From assembly GCA_963765895.1 (NCBI GenBank), contig CAVXZB010000032.1:1-64000 (forward strand): a stretch of DNA of 64,000 bases, written 5' to 3'. Both the position numbers and the translations under genes were made by a program. The notes under the pieces were generated by a model that worked only from the letters and a program-made list of their open reading frames with translations, was not told the DNA's origin and ran no database searches. The stretch's first letter is position 1, and each line of letters opens with the position of its first letter. Positions 46,651-59,256 of the stretch are shown piece after piece. The DNA is from an uncultured Nitrososphaeraceae archaeon. GTDB taxonomy: Archaea > Thermoproteota > Nitrososphaeria > Nitrososphaerales > Nitrososphaeraceae.

Positions 46651-46860
46651 CTATCTCTCTACACTGAATGAAAATTTAATACCTGTTCTGTATTGAGTTA
46701 TTTTGCCTGTATTAGGATCTACTTGTGCAGTCTGATCTACTATTTCTATTCCGTGTATGCCACGTATGGTCTTTACAGCCTCATTCACTGCGATCTGGGC
46801 AGCATCTTCCCATCCCCTGTCAGAAGTTCCTACAATTTCTTCGATTTTGGCAATTGACAT
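46651..46860 (-). CDS. Dodecin (flavin-binding)
   Basis: KIEEIVGTS..GWEDAAQ.AV..A..TIRGI..ITQYR...KFSF. Confidence 0.88.
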   Translation of the reverse strand: MSIAKIEEIVGTSDRGWEDAAQIAVNEAVKTIRGIHGIEIVDQTAQVDPNTGKITQYRTGIKFSFSVER

Positions 46861-47220
46861 TCTAGTTAGTTAGATTTTATCTTAAATAAAAGTTCAGATC
46901 GAATATTGTCAAATCTAGTATAAATAACAAATTAATTTAAAAGATTGCATACGCACTCTTAATTCGTATATTTCATTTAGGAAATAAGCCACTCGTAAGA
47001 AAAGATTAATCGTACAAACCAATATAGATTCACATCAGTACTTACCATATTTTCTGATGATATACTAAAGTCTAGTAAAGTATACCAGGAATGATATAGC
47101 CCAATTGGGAATAATAATTTTTAATTTGTTAAAATGTTCGAATATAATTTTTTATATTATTTCTATCGTTTTAGCATGTTATTGAGATATATTTAATTGC
47201 TATAATTGCAAGTAGTTATT

Positions 47221-47724
47221 ATGGCTAAATTACAAAAGACTGTTCCTAATATATCGTTAACAAAAAGTACTTCAAAACAAAAAAGAAAAAATATTGGACG
47301 GGTGGGAAAAGTAACCAAAACAAAAGCACCAAAATTAGAAGATATTAATATACTTCTCAGATTATCTGAGCTATATAATACAACTATAGACTTTGAGGCT
47401 GCGGAATGGTTCTGGAGTAAAATGCATAAGGACGAAATTCCATCATCAATCCAAGAGTTTGAGAATAAATACCCTCAGGGTAGCAGAGAATTTCAGCTAT
47501 TTGAAAGATTTACTTCCAAGTTTGAACTTGCAGGACTATTGATAAAATATGGATTTCTTAATGAAGGTCTTTATTTTGATAGATTTGGAAGCTTACATAC
47601 TGAATGGGAAAGATCCAAAGATATTATTATGGGGATAAGAAAAGAATGGAATGATCCAAAATTTAGAGAAAACTTTGAACTATTATCCATTAGAGCCAAG
47701 AAATGGCTTGAGGATCATCAGTAA
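47221..47724 (+). CDS. DUF4760-like hypothetical protein
   Basis: FELAGLLIKYG....LYFD, W......I...R..W..P...ENFELL. Confidence 0.6.
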   Translation: MAKLQKTVPNISLTKSTSKQKRKNIGRVGKVTKTKAPKLEDINILLRLSELYNTTIDFEAAEWFWSKMHKDEIPSSIQEFENKYPQGSREFQLFERFTSKFELAGLLIKYGFLNEGLYFDRFGSLHTEWERSKDIIMGIRKEWNDPKFRENFELLSIRAKKWLEDHQ

Positions 47725-47943
47725 ATAACTCATGGTTAAGACATGATATGAAATGAAAATAATAATAACTAGGCTAAGCACATAACTATTACTAAGTTAA
47801 CAATAATTTTTTTGAATAACCTGAAAAGTATGTTACTTCCTGCTACACGAAGATCAAGCTGCTATTAAATAGCACAAATAGTTTGCTAACACCATATCTT
47901 GAGAATATCCTAACTAGCTAGTTTTGAGAAAAACGAAAGTGAG

Positions 47944-48693
47944 TTATGTTTTTCTTTCTTTTCTACTTCAAATACTTGGCAAACCACTTAGTTGCAATGC
48001 GAGCAACTTCTTCTAGTTTTCCTGGTTCTTCAAATAGATGTGTGGCTCCTGGTACAGATTACAAGCTTCTTTTTCATATTCTCAATATCATTACTTTTGA
48101 ATTCCTTTAGCGAACGCTTTTTCTCTAATGCCTATTTATTCAGATCGATAACAGGAACATCATTTCCTCCAACAATAAGAAGTGTGGATGCCTAGACTTT
48201 TTGGTAAATTACCAATTCCAGCTAGATTTGGTCTTCCGCCTCTAGAAACGATTGCATTAATGGTATTAGGACGCTCAGCTGCTGCTACAATTGCTGCAGC
48301 TGCACCAGTACTTGCACCAAAATATCCGATCTTAAAATTCATGTTTTCTAATTTTTGGTTAAGCCAATAAGTAACTGCACTTAATCTTTGAGAAAGTATG
48401 CCTATGTCAAATCTTAGATGTCGTGTTTGTGTATCGATCTCTTCTTCCTGTTCAGTTAAGAGATCTATGAGCAGAGTAGCAATACCTTCATTCTGAAGAA
48501 CTTGGGCAACATATCTATTTCTAGGACTATGTCTGCTACTTCCACTCCCATGAGCAAATATGACTATTCCATGTCAATTTCTAGGAATGTTCAGATCAGC
48601 TTCTAGGACTATTTCTTGGCCACCATCTGTTGTCGGTAGACGGATTAATTAATAGTCTCCTTGTTCTTCTTTTTTAATAGTACCATTACTCAT
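47944..48693 (-). pseudogene. Dienelactone-hydrolase-like alpha/beta hydrolase, broken
   Basis: FAHGSGSSRHSPRN, GYFGASTGAAAA, VSRGGRP, PGATHLFEEPG in different frames. Confidence 0.85.
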
Positions 48694-49084
48694 GGTAGAG
48701 GATTCTATATACATAATATTTTATTACAGTCCTGGAGCATCTGCAAATCCCTCTATTCCGTCTAAAACCATTGAATGATTACTAGGGGTACAGCAGTCAC
48801 AATTGGATTTCATGCAATCTAATGCGATCTTGTGATCACATATTTTACAAGTGCATATACTGTCGCCAAATTGCATTATTCTAGGAGTATCATTTAAACT
48901 CATTTTGAATGTATATTAGTATTAAACTATAACGAATTTAACTCTTCTAATTTAATATACCAACACTACAGCTGGTGGTATTAGTAGTGGTTATTATTAA
49001 TTGAAACTTACGGTCAACAAGCCATTTATTAATTTTTTCATGCAAGTTTAAATAGCAATAAAGTTAAGATTATCTATAGTGGGT

Positions 49085-50022
49085 TAGCCATTGAAGCGTA
49101 TCTATGCTTTGAGCCGCATAGAGAAAGTATAGAAGATTATGCAAGAGCTACTGCATTTGTACCTGAATCCTGTGAAGATGAAGTTATTGATATGCTATTG
49201 GAATTGCGTAGTAAAGCTAGTCAGTATAAAACCGATAGATTGGGAAAAAGAGAGGAATATTTTAATGCAGAACAAAATGCAATTGTTACAAAAAATGCCG
49301 AATTATATTATCGCAAGATGATACAGGGTGGTACTGCTACGTGGAATATACGTGATACTCATATGATGGACACTCTTAAACGTCTAATGAATTTTTATGA
49401 TGGCAAGTATGATGATCGTGGTAGTAAAGACATTAATAATAATAATAATAATTTACGCTCAAAATCAATTGTCTGGGCACATAACACACACGTGGGTGAT
49501 GCCAGGCAAACAGATATGGCAACTGCCAAAATGATAAATATAGGACAGCTTGTGCGTGAACATGCTTCTGAGCAAAATGTCATGATAGTTGGTTTTGGAA
49601 CATACAAAGGAACCGTTATTGCTGCAAAAGAGTGGGGTGAAAAGATGGAAAAAATGAATGTGCCTCCTGCAGTAGAAGATAGCTGGGATAATCTTATACA
49701 CAAGAGAACAAATGGCACCAACAGTATTCTCCTATTCAGAGGTGAAAGTGATCAAAGAAATAAGGCTGAAGAAGCCTTTGCTCTTCACAGCAAAGAAAGA
49801 ATCAAGGATGATAATATAAAAAGAAAAAAAGGCCAGAGAGCAATCGGAGTTGTATATCACCCGGAATACGAAAAATACGGAAATTATGTACCCACTACTC
49901 TTGCCAAAAGATATGATGCTTTTCTATATATCGATGAAACACATGCTTTAAGTCCGTTGCATATGCCAGAGATTAAGGAAGAGTAAAGCAAGCTTCCGGA
50001 GACTTTTCCTTCAGGGTTATGA
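49085..50022 (+). pseudogene. Erythromycin-esterase-family protein, C-terminal part
   Basis: WNIRDTHM, VWAHNTHVGDAR, QRAIGVVYHPE..GNYVPT..RYDAF; N-terminus missing. Confidence 0.85.
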
Positions 50023-50355
50023 ATCAGTAAAAATGGCTTGTTTTTTACTATCATATTATTATAATATTTCTTTGCTGCTCTGTCTGTCTTGCATATATAA
50101 AATATTTCCTATATTACTAGAGTGCCTAGCAAGTTTACTGGCTTTTAGATTAGACTTTTCATAATAACAAGTAATGACATTACGATATCATTTCTCCTAT
50201 ATAGGTTACCATCCATAAGATTGCAATATTCATGAATTGCGTGATAGAATACGCATAATGATTACGGAGAAACATGAGAGGGAAAAACACTTTTTTTAAA
50301 TCTAATATATAATTACTATATAATTTGTTCAACAAGATAATTTACAAGTAGATAT

Positions 50356-50836
50356 ATGACCTCAAAAGAAGAAGAAGCAACGAAAAGACATGGATAGATT
50401 TAATCAACGAGTCAGTCCAGACAAGTGACGATATAGATATTGGAGATATACATGCTGTAAGTAGAGATTTTGTACTGTAAGTAGAGATTTTGTCGTAGTA
50501 AAAAGAGGAATAGAGTTTATCCATTTTATCGAGCTTCATATCAGCATGGTTGAATGATATATAATGTGTTATGGATCCAAATTTTAAATGCGAATTAGCA
50601 ATATGAGAGAGATAAAACCAAATGTTAATCTAATGATAAAGATAATGCAAATCATACTTCAACAGTTTTATTTCAGCCAGATAAAGAAGACTACTATACA
50701 TATCATTAGAAAAGGTTATCTCAGAAGAGTTTACTCTTCTTCTAATGTACCACGTTTGTATAAATGTGGTTTATGTGATAAGGTCTTTAAGTCAGAAGAT
50801 GAATTAAGCAACCATGTTAAATCAGCTGCACATTAA
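50356..50836 (+). pseudogene. Broken PRC-like + C2H2 zinc finger protein
   Basis: LINESVQTSDDIDIGDI..VVVKRG fragment; CGLC..F..EDEL..H C-terminus. Confidence 0.5.
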
Positions 50837-51267
50837 TATAATTAGGACAGATTCTATAAAAATATATTAAGTTCAATCTGTGAAAATGTATCAACTATCA
50901 AAACAACTAACTAACAGATCATAATTCTGGTTAATCATCTGAAAATGGATAGGTAATATCTTGCAACAGTCTAGACACAATGAGCCTAGAACATTAAATA
51001 TCTCTGCATCCTTGTTTTTACATTTTTCGCAGTTATTAGTTGAATTTAGTATAACTGACATTGTAATATTTGCAACATCAAAGATATAAAGAAAAATCCT
51101 TTGTAACTAATTTTTGATAAGTCAAAGAAATCAATGGATGCTATATAGATACATTCTATTTTGTATCATGGTATTAGATTTAACTACAAGGTATTAGTGA
51201 TTACTATATTATAATCAAGTATCCACATAGATTAGATTTAGAATGAATAAAAAAGACTTCATATTAT

Positions 51268-51908
51268 CTAGTCTATCTTTACCTCCTTCTCTTTAAATTT
51301 AGTCTGATCTTTCTTCTTAAATGTTATTTCAAGTATACCATTATTGTAGGTAAATCTAGCTGTTTCAACATCAACTTCTTCTGGTAAATTAATAATTTCG
51401 TGATACTTTTTTTCTGCGCCTTCAGTAGTTTGTACTTCAACTGAGCTATCATAGGCACTAATTTTAATGTTGGACTTGGTAACTCCGGGCATTTCGACAA
51501 TAACTTTTACATCTTTATCTGTTGTTGTTACATCAGCTAAAGGTTCTCGTTCTGAGGATATCTCTGGTGTTGTTCTAAAAAAGCCCTGCCTCGTAACGGA
51601 GATTTTACATTGCCAAACTCTCTAACCTTTGGTTTACCATCAGGATCAACCGTCATTGAATATCCATAATCAAATGGACCATATTCTTTTACATTGGCTC
51701 CTTCAGTAGTTACATCTTCTCTTATCAAATCCTCTAAATCTCTAGTTTGCATGGTTTTGACTATATGTGATTTTGTTGCATATCTCTGATGAGCTCATCA
51801 ATATTTTAAGTATTCGGAAATGAAGTCCGCATGTAGATTTCGTCTGTAGTGTAAGAATCGATTGAGCCAGTCAAATGGTTCGATATCGCCACCTTCTGGA
51901 TAACTCAT
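51268..51908 (-). pseudogene. Archaeal small heat-shock protein Hsp20, frameshifted
   Basis: GPF.YGYSMTVDPDGKPKVREFGNV, EPL.DV, VEMPGV.K, A.F.YNNGILEITF. Confidence 0.85.
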
Positions 51909-52532
51909 GCACGGATATACCGATTTTATTACTTTTATAGATTCCAAATGTGGCAGGTGTAGTTGTTTAGAAAAAACAAAGAAATGATGCAATTATAGCC
52001 AATAAGATAATATCAAGGGTTTTAATAGTCGTCATGAACTCTGCTTTGATAAGAAGGTATTCCCGATTTTATTACATGCAAATAAGAATCAGGTAATTTA
52101 AACAAAATTAGTTATTTGGAGAAATCGTGAAAACATAATTTTGACCCTGGGATTAGATCCTTGGCCTAGATATTCTTTCATTATTGCATATACTATAGAT
52201 ACTATTAATCATCATAAGCCAAGATCATCTCCAACAACAACTGTATACTAAGTAATAAAAATGGATATAGTATGTTTTCAAGGATCGGGTGCTGCTATTA
52301 TATGGGAAAGGTACTCAAATCAGCTTCCGGCACAATTATAACTACAACCATTACGAATGTCATTTACAAATCTCGTGCTAGCTAATGCCAAGCCGTTGCC
52401 ATAACTAGAGCAGGATGAAAAATGATCACTAAGTATCCTACAAGACAAAAAATTACCAATGAGGTGATATTACTTTCAAATAATAATATTACCTCGTGAG
52501 ATTATTAAATATCTTATAGATCATAATTAAAT

Positions 52533-52956
52533 ATGGTTTCGACTAGTAAAAAAAGATCTTCTATCCGATCGTCTAAAGGAGGGGAGACAAGTGCGAATTA
52601 CATGATCAAAGGAGCAGGAAAGAATAATACAATGAGAAATAAATCAAAACAAAAAGATAGTGTTGTTGGTAGGTTTAAGAAAAAAGTAAAAGGTGTCAAA
52701 GATAAAGTTGTTGATAATGCGGATAAGACTGCTGCTGCGACCACGCGAAAAGCCAAGTCTACTGCAAACAATTCTACCAATAACCGTGGTAGGAAATATG
52801 AAAAAGGGTCACCAGATACAGAAACTCCTAAGAGTACGGGATCCCACTAAAGAATATGAAGCCAAGGAACCAATCTCACCAGCTAAAATAAAACAGCATA
52901 AACCTACCGCCGTTCGAAGAAATGCAAGTGTTCAAAAAATCATAGAATTAGAATAA
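52533..52956 (+). pseudogene. Basic hydrophilic hypothetical protein, frameshifted
   Basis: Overlapping ORFs 52533..52850 and 52693..52956. Confidence 0.35.
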
Positions 52957-53691
52957 AAGAAGGAGAGTTTGAGAATAATCAAAAAATTAGAATAGACATT
53001 TAACTAATAAATGTCACGGCTGAAACTGATTGGAGATAGAAGGGATTTTCCTCTTGTCAATGTTTGCAATATGGTAATTTGGATCTATAGTTGACACTTC
53101 CAAAAGATAGAGCCAATATATTCCACTCAGTTTCTATTATGGGATCAGAATAACAATAAGGCGACCTAATAAGGCGACTATCATTACCTAATCCTTACAC
53201 TCTAAATAATTTATTCCTGGATAATTAGCCTGTGACATTAGGCTAAAACAAAGCAATTTCTAAAAGTTAAAATTCTGCGGAGTACTATATAAGTGAAAAC
53301 AAGGGATCTAAATAATATAGGTATATGTTAGTAACGGATGGCCAGATTGTGACAGCGAAGACAATCCGATAGTAGTTAAGAGGTCCTGCCTTATATCGTT
53401 AGTGTTACATTAGCAAGAGATGAAATATCTATTAGCATGGAAGACTTGCGTAATTACAAGAAACTCAAATGAATTGGCTACCCAATCTGTCGGCCGTCCA
53501 AAGAAGGCAGAAATGAATCTTGCCTATGTGATATATTTGAATATATGGAGAACTTGTTAATTATGACTAGTGAAATATAAAACAAAGAACAACAATTCTG
53601 ATATATATTCTGGAATACTTTAGATTAGCCAATATCAAGTCTTGTTCATTTCATAGTGTTAAATCTTATGTAGTTTAAGTCATATCATAAC

Positions 53692-54363
53692 ATGGTAAAC
53701 GGCAGAGATAATAATAATACTAATATCGCCAATATAAATTGGAATGAGGTGTTAAAGCAAGATACTAGAAGTATAGATGATGTATACCTAGGCAAGGTCA
53801 AGGGACTATATGAACCACTTATAGTTATTGAGAAGGGTACAATAAATAAAGAAAAACTCTATATTCCAAAATCTGTTATTGAAAAATATGATGCAGATAT
53901 ATTGTACTTGAGTATAACAGAACAAGAAGCAAAGGACACCTATAAGCGAGAAGCACCTCCAACAGAGGATGAGATCAGACAAATAGAGAAAATTACAGAA
54001 AATAGAATTCTGGCATCTAGAAGTAAAATCGAAATTACAATGCATGAATCACGTCAAGAAGAAAAAGAACAACGACAGCATCCAAAAAAGGATGAAAAGA
54101 AAACAATAGTAGTTAGTAAAATAAAGGAAGTTAAAGAAGATCTTACATTAACGTCATCAAAAAGTCTTTCAATGCTCAAAATTGATAAGGTAGGAATAAA
54201 TAATAGGTTAAAAAAGGTGGCAAATGGACTCAAAGATATACTAACTTTAGGAACGAAGATAGCAAAGGAGAAGATCTGGGAAGGAAAAGATATAATAAAA
54301 GAAAAGATAAAGAGAACGACTAGAATTAGCAGAGCTTATGTTAAGCGTAAGACATCCATTTAG
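53692..54363 (+). CDS. PRC-barrel/DUF2171-like protein with a charged tail
   Basis: DTRSIDDVYLGKV..EKG......YIPKS.IE.YD; paralog of 62383..63591. Confidence 0.65.
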   Translation: MVNGRDNNNTNIANINWNEVLKQDTRSIDDVYLGKVKGLYEPLIVIEKGTINKEKLYIPKSVIEKYDADILYLSITEQEAKDTYKREAPPTEDEIRQIEKITENRILASRSKIEITMHESRQEEKEQRQHPKKDEKKTIVVSKIKEVKEDLTLTSSKSLSMLKIDKVGINNRLKKVANGLKDILTLGTKIAKEKIWEGKDIIKEKIKRTTRISRAYVKRKTSI

Positions 54364-54897
54364 GAAATTCAATACAATATCTTAATTATATTAGGAACAC
54401 CAATAATAATTCATAGCTATGAAGAATATATCAAGATGTACATCTTGTAAATTGACATCTGGTAACAATGAACATCGTTGGTTTGCTGATGCGGTACAAC
54501 CATTAAAATTTAATAGCATAAGATGTTTTTTTCAGAAAATTAGCTAATGTATCTATCATCGATAATGGAATGGCGGGTATGGTTATTGCATAAATAGTTT
54601 CAATGCAAAATTTGATTCGGGATAATTCATCAATAATTTTAAAGTTTTTCTTTTGTACCCCAGAATGTCCTTAGCTGTTGAGTATGGCCATGTTATTAAT
54701 AAATTGTTTTGGTGAGATCTATCACATAGAAATTTAAACGACTGAAGATCTTGAGAAAGAAGGAGTGGGTAAGGATAAGACAGTTATTAAAGTAAGCAAA
54801 GAAGCCAGTATGACTTAATTCATTGAAAGTATAGGTTCACTTCTGGATGGAGTGACTTATTGAAAGGACAGATCATTAGGTTATAATATAATTTAAC

Positions 54898-55296
54898 TCA
54901 ATGTTCTTCTAAAAACTTCTTCAAATTGTTAACTTCTATATCAAATCCTTTAAGTTGTTCCTGAAACTGATCATCTAAAAGTCCATCTGGTCTCATAAAC
55001 ATCCATGTGGTCGTAGAACCTTCCTCATTAGGGACTACTCTCATGTATACATTCCATTCTAATCCTCCACCTACAAATGTATGGTCAAGTATCCCCAGAT
55101 TTTGAAATGGTTTGACTTTTACCTTTGATTTACCTGAAACAATATGATCAAACTGCCACCAATCATCATCACCTCTCGTAACTGATTTTATTGCACCTCC
55201 TATCTCCATATTCTTGACATTAGAAAAGAATTCAAATACTTGATTTGCAGGTTTGTTAACGGTTAGGACTTTTACAATAACTTGCTTGGGAGCCAT
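54898..55296 (-). CDS. SRPBCC/polyketide-cyclase-like protein
   Basis: VNKPANQVFEFFSNVKNM..GILDH..MRVVPN..NLKKFLE. Confidence 0.7.
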   Translation of the reverse strand: MAPKQVIVKVLTVNKPANQVFEFFSNVKNMEIGGAIKSVTRGDDDWWQFDHIVSGKSKVKVKPFQNLGILDHTFVGGGLEWNVYMRVVPNEEGSTTTWMFMRPDGLLDDQFQEQLKGFDIEVNNLKKFLEEH

Positions 55297-57847
55297 GGTC
55301 TACTATGACATCCGTTTAGTAGGATATTTATTCCTTAATTCCATCCAGGAATAGTTCATGCATTTGATAATACCCATTAAGAATTTACATCTCAGTGTCC
55401 TTTCAAACCTCAGTGGCCTTATCCCATATTTCTTTCCTAATAGCTTTACTAATCAATTGATTAAGTAACCTAGGTTATTCTAGTTTTTGGACTATTGTTT
55501 ATTAATTGACTGTTGTTTTCATGAGCCTCCAATCCCTCATGATATTCGTCTAGCATGTGTTCTATCACATAGTGCAAGAGGGTAGAGGAAGTGAAACTTT
55601 CAAATAGTCCACTTTCAAAGAGATATTCCGCCAGCAAATTGAATCTGTTATGAAGGTCTACGGAAACTTTAGTAGAGATTACTTTATTTTGCAGGCGAAC
55701 TATGCGGTCATTATCATCCCATTCGTTTTGTTGGTAGACTCACTCAGATACCTCAGTAATAGTGTGGAGCGTGATTAGAGATCGACCACTCGGGACGATT
55801 ATAACGTCTAGGTAGACCTGTGCAATCTACTCTGGTCTATCACAGATTTGATGAGACTTAAGAGATTATTATCTGCAACGTGCTTCAGCGCCTACGTTAA
55901 GTTTAACTATAGTCACTATTGCAAATGTATTAGTTTAGATATTGTTTAGACACAATTTATGCTTGACTGATATACCAATATCTGATATTTTATTTTATAG
56001 GAGTTGCGATATTTTTGGTTTCGATACCTCATCAAATACTGAAATAGTATTGAGGAAAATAACACGTCCTTACATATTGTAACTTACCCCTGGTACCTCA
56101 GCTACTCTACTAGTATTGATTATTAAGAAACAAGTTTTCTGGAGGTTCGGAGGTTGCGAAGGTAGTTACTATGACATTGGTGTGCCGGGACTATGATGAG
56201 TTGAGATTCTAGATGATTTGTATAAGATATATGTCTAGCTGCTAAGGATATCACTAGAGACTATAGCGTGAAATTCTAGAAATATAGAGTATAATTCTAA
56301 TCCGTCAGGGTTGATTTTCTATAGGTCAGCAACTGGATCTATCAAGGAAGCAATGTGTGTTATATATTTACAGTAAAAGTAAATCTGAACCACGAAATTG
56401 ACAACTTTATATTGTGCTTAGATAATGATTGAAATGTAACGAATCTTTAGAAAGCTATCGATACTAAATTTTCTAACATCCTTTGCAGAATACAAAGCTT
56501 CAGCAGAATCGACCCAAATGATCTATGTAACAATTAAGTAAGGAGCATACAACAAAAATAGCATTGGTAACAATGATGCAGCTCAAATCTTATAAAGACA
56601 ATGGCTTAGTATTCATCATTGTAAATCGAAGGTGGTACTTACAAGAGTAGAGAAGGAAGAAGTAGTCGAGAAACTATATGAAGAAGGAAAGACAATTCGT
56701 GAAATCGCAAAACAAGTACACATGTCACTTGGTCCGATAGGAAATAATAGAACAAATAGGTGTCCATAAATGAGCAACTAGATCTTCTGGTATGAGGAGA
56801 ACCATAAATAGCTGGTTCATGTTGGGTAAGTTTCTTGCCATACCGCAAATAATATTATGATTAAAAGTACAAATCCAGCAGCAGTAAGGATTTTCGCAAT
56901 CTTTGTGCGGCCAGCTAATGCTAGTACACCAGAAATTGCAAATGGTAATATCATTTCCCAGGTTATTGCAAATGCTTCGGCTATAATTCGGGTATATTTG
57001 GATTAATTGTTGTCATACTTGCCAGAATTAAGACACCAACGATTACCGTTGCATCGATCTGAGCTATATCTCTATCTTCAAACACCGTGAAGTAAATACA
57101 TGACTTTAAATAAGGTTTTTGGTAAATCTTGCCTAAATATCTATGTTAGGTTCTGTTTAATCTGACTAGTGTTACATAATGCTGGTGAAAAAGTGTTGGT
57201 ATTAAAAAGCTAGGCTCTACGAATGTTTACTCAAATAGATGATATAGATAGTCTCAATCATCCAATATCACTTATCCCTACTCTGGAAGACTTGAAACGG
57301 GTCCTATTCGAACCGGTTTATCCCGAACTAGAATTCGTTATCCCTCAAAAGCGACCGATGTAGAAGACATAAAGTCGGCGGCGTTTCTGGCCCAAGCAGC
57401 CACTAGAACACTTTGTACTCCAGCTAGGGTATCCACTATAATCTCGACAATAATGAATAGGTTGTCGGAACAAGTGCATGATTTTAATGAAGAATGTATT
57501 AGCCATGGTGGAAGAACAAGAATTTTCAATGCAGACGACAGTACAAAGCTATCGATGGATGGTTTGCTTAAGAAATATTACTCAGAATAGTGCAAAAAAT
57601 TGTAGCAAAGCCATATTTGTGCAATATGTCAATAAAGATTCGACTATTATAGATATCGCAGCAACGAATCGTAATTTTATAATTTCTTGGTTATAATCAT
57701 TCCTGTAAAAACTGGACCGATAGATTGCTGACAGATCATCAGTTACATGTCAACTATCAATTATCTTTCAGTTTGAATTTGGTGAATGCTTGTCCTCTGT
57801 AATTAATTTTCCAGGACTCAATTAGCGCAAATGAGCATATCGTAAGA

Positions 57848-58153
57848 ATGAAGCCTAGAAATACCTTTAAATCGTTAATAGCTCCATCTGATGGTATGGC
57901 GAAAGGGCCAGACCTGAAAATTCTAGGTATCATTGCTAAACTGGCACGGAATGATGTCCACAAAGAAGTTCTTGAAACAGAGATAATTGCACTAAGTGAG
58001 CTTTCAGAGTCCGAAGTGAGGAATCACCTGGATGAATTGGAATGGCTGCATTTAGCAAAAGAAGCATTACCCAAAGCTAGTCGTGCAGAATTTAGGTTGT
58101 GGAATGTAACAGAGAAAGGATTGCAGCAATTATCTAGTCAGAACACTGGATAG
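57848..58153 (+). CDS. Winged-helix DNA-binding protein
   Basis: EIIALSELSESEVRNHLDELEWLHL..WNVTEKG. Confidence 0.65.
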   Translation: MKPRNTFKSLIAPSDGMAKGPDLKILGIIAKLARNDVHKEVLETEIIALSELSESEVRNHLDELEWLHLAKEALPKASRAEFRLWNVTEKGLQQLSSQNTG

Positions 58154-58203
58154 TTACGGTTTTGCAGAGATCTAACTATTCATTTTTAATTTATTCTATC
58201 TAT

Positions 58204-59256
58204 CTACTTACTAGATGTAGAAGATTTCCAATCAGCTTTAATTGGTGGCGATTTTCCTCCTTTCAGTTTTTGTATAAAGTTATAGGCTGACAACGCTGCA
58301 ATACTTCCTTGACCTGCGGATATCACAGCTTGTTTGTATGGTACATCCGTAACATCACCGGCTGCAAATATTCCCTGCCTAGATGTGGCACAATATTTGT
58401 CTACAATGATTTCATTGCTATTATTTAATTGAACCAAACCTTTTACAAAATCTGTCTTTGCAATGTATCCCATCTCCACAAATACACCATCTACATCAAG
58501 TTTGGATTGTGATGATGAGGATGAGGATGATTTGGTCTTGGCATTAGTAAGAGTTAACGATTCAACCTTTAATGTACCATTAATTGCCTTTACAATTGAA
58601 TTAGAGATAAATGATACGTTATTTTCATCCTGTTGTAACAATCTAATGGTTTCTTCTGTACCTATAGGAGTATTGGTTTGATAAATTATGTATATTTTTG
58701 AAGCTATCCCTTTAAGTAATAACGCAGCATCCAAAGATGGATCACCGACGCCAACTACTGCCACTATCTTTTGCTTAAATAAAGGACCATCACAAACAGC
58801 ACAATAAGAAACTCCTTTTCCTTTCAATTGTTGTTCTCCAGGTACATTAAGATCTCTCGGGGTTTTACCAAAAGCAAGTATTACTGCAGATGCTAAATAT
58901 TCATTATTGTTACCTGTTATTATTTTAAAATAATTCTTTGCAGATTTGTTGTTGTTTTTTTCTTCTTGTTCTCGCTCTTCTTGTTTATGTTCTATGATAG
59001 AAGTAACTTCTTCGTATGCAAATTTTGTTCCAAAATTTCTAGCTTGTGATTCAAATTTAGTCATAAGTTCATAACCACCGATGTGATCAAACGCAGGATA
59101 ATTTTCTATTTCACTTGTTAAAAGTGCCTGTCCTCCAATGTCTTTTGTAATTAATAATGTATTTAGACCCTGGCGACTAGCATATACTGCTGACGATAGA
59201 CCTGCAGATGCTCCTCCAATAATTATGATATCCCACTTATCTAACGGACGTGACAT
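58204..59256 (-). CDS. trxB: Thioredoxin reductase
   Basis: IIIGGASAG, GGQ..T.EIENYP, GVSYCAVCDG, GIFAAGD, QAVISAGQG. Confidence 0.88.
   Translation of the reverse strand: MSRPLDKWDIIIIGGASAGLSSAVYASRQGLNTLLITKDIGGQALLTSEIENYPAFDHIGGYELMTKFESQARNFGTKFAYEEVTSIIEHKQEEREQEEKNNNKSAKNYFKIITGNNNEYLASAVILAFGKTPRDLNVPGEQQLKGKGVSYCAVCDGPLFKQKIVAVVGVGDPSLDAALLLKGIASKIYIIYQTNTPIGTEETIRLLQQDENNVSFISNSIVKAINGTLKVESLTLTNAKTKSSSSSSSQSKLDVDGVFVEMGYIAKTDFVKGLVQLNNSNEIIVDKYCATSRQGIFAAGDVTDVPYKQAVISAGQGSIAALSAYNFIQKLKGGKSPPIKADWKSSTSSK

Noticed and set aside
55300-57800. Long ORF-poor stretch as a possible ncRNA or tRNA locus
   Set aside because: No GC-rich stems or cloverleaf seen; only a small HTH remnant near 56660-56745
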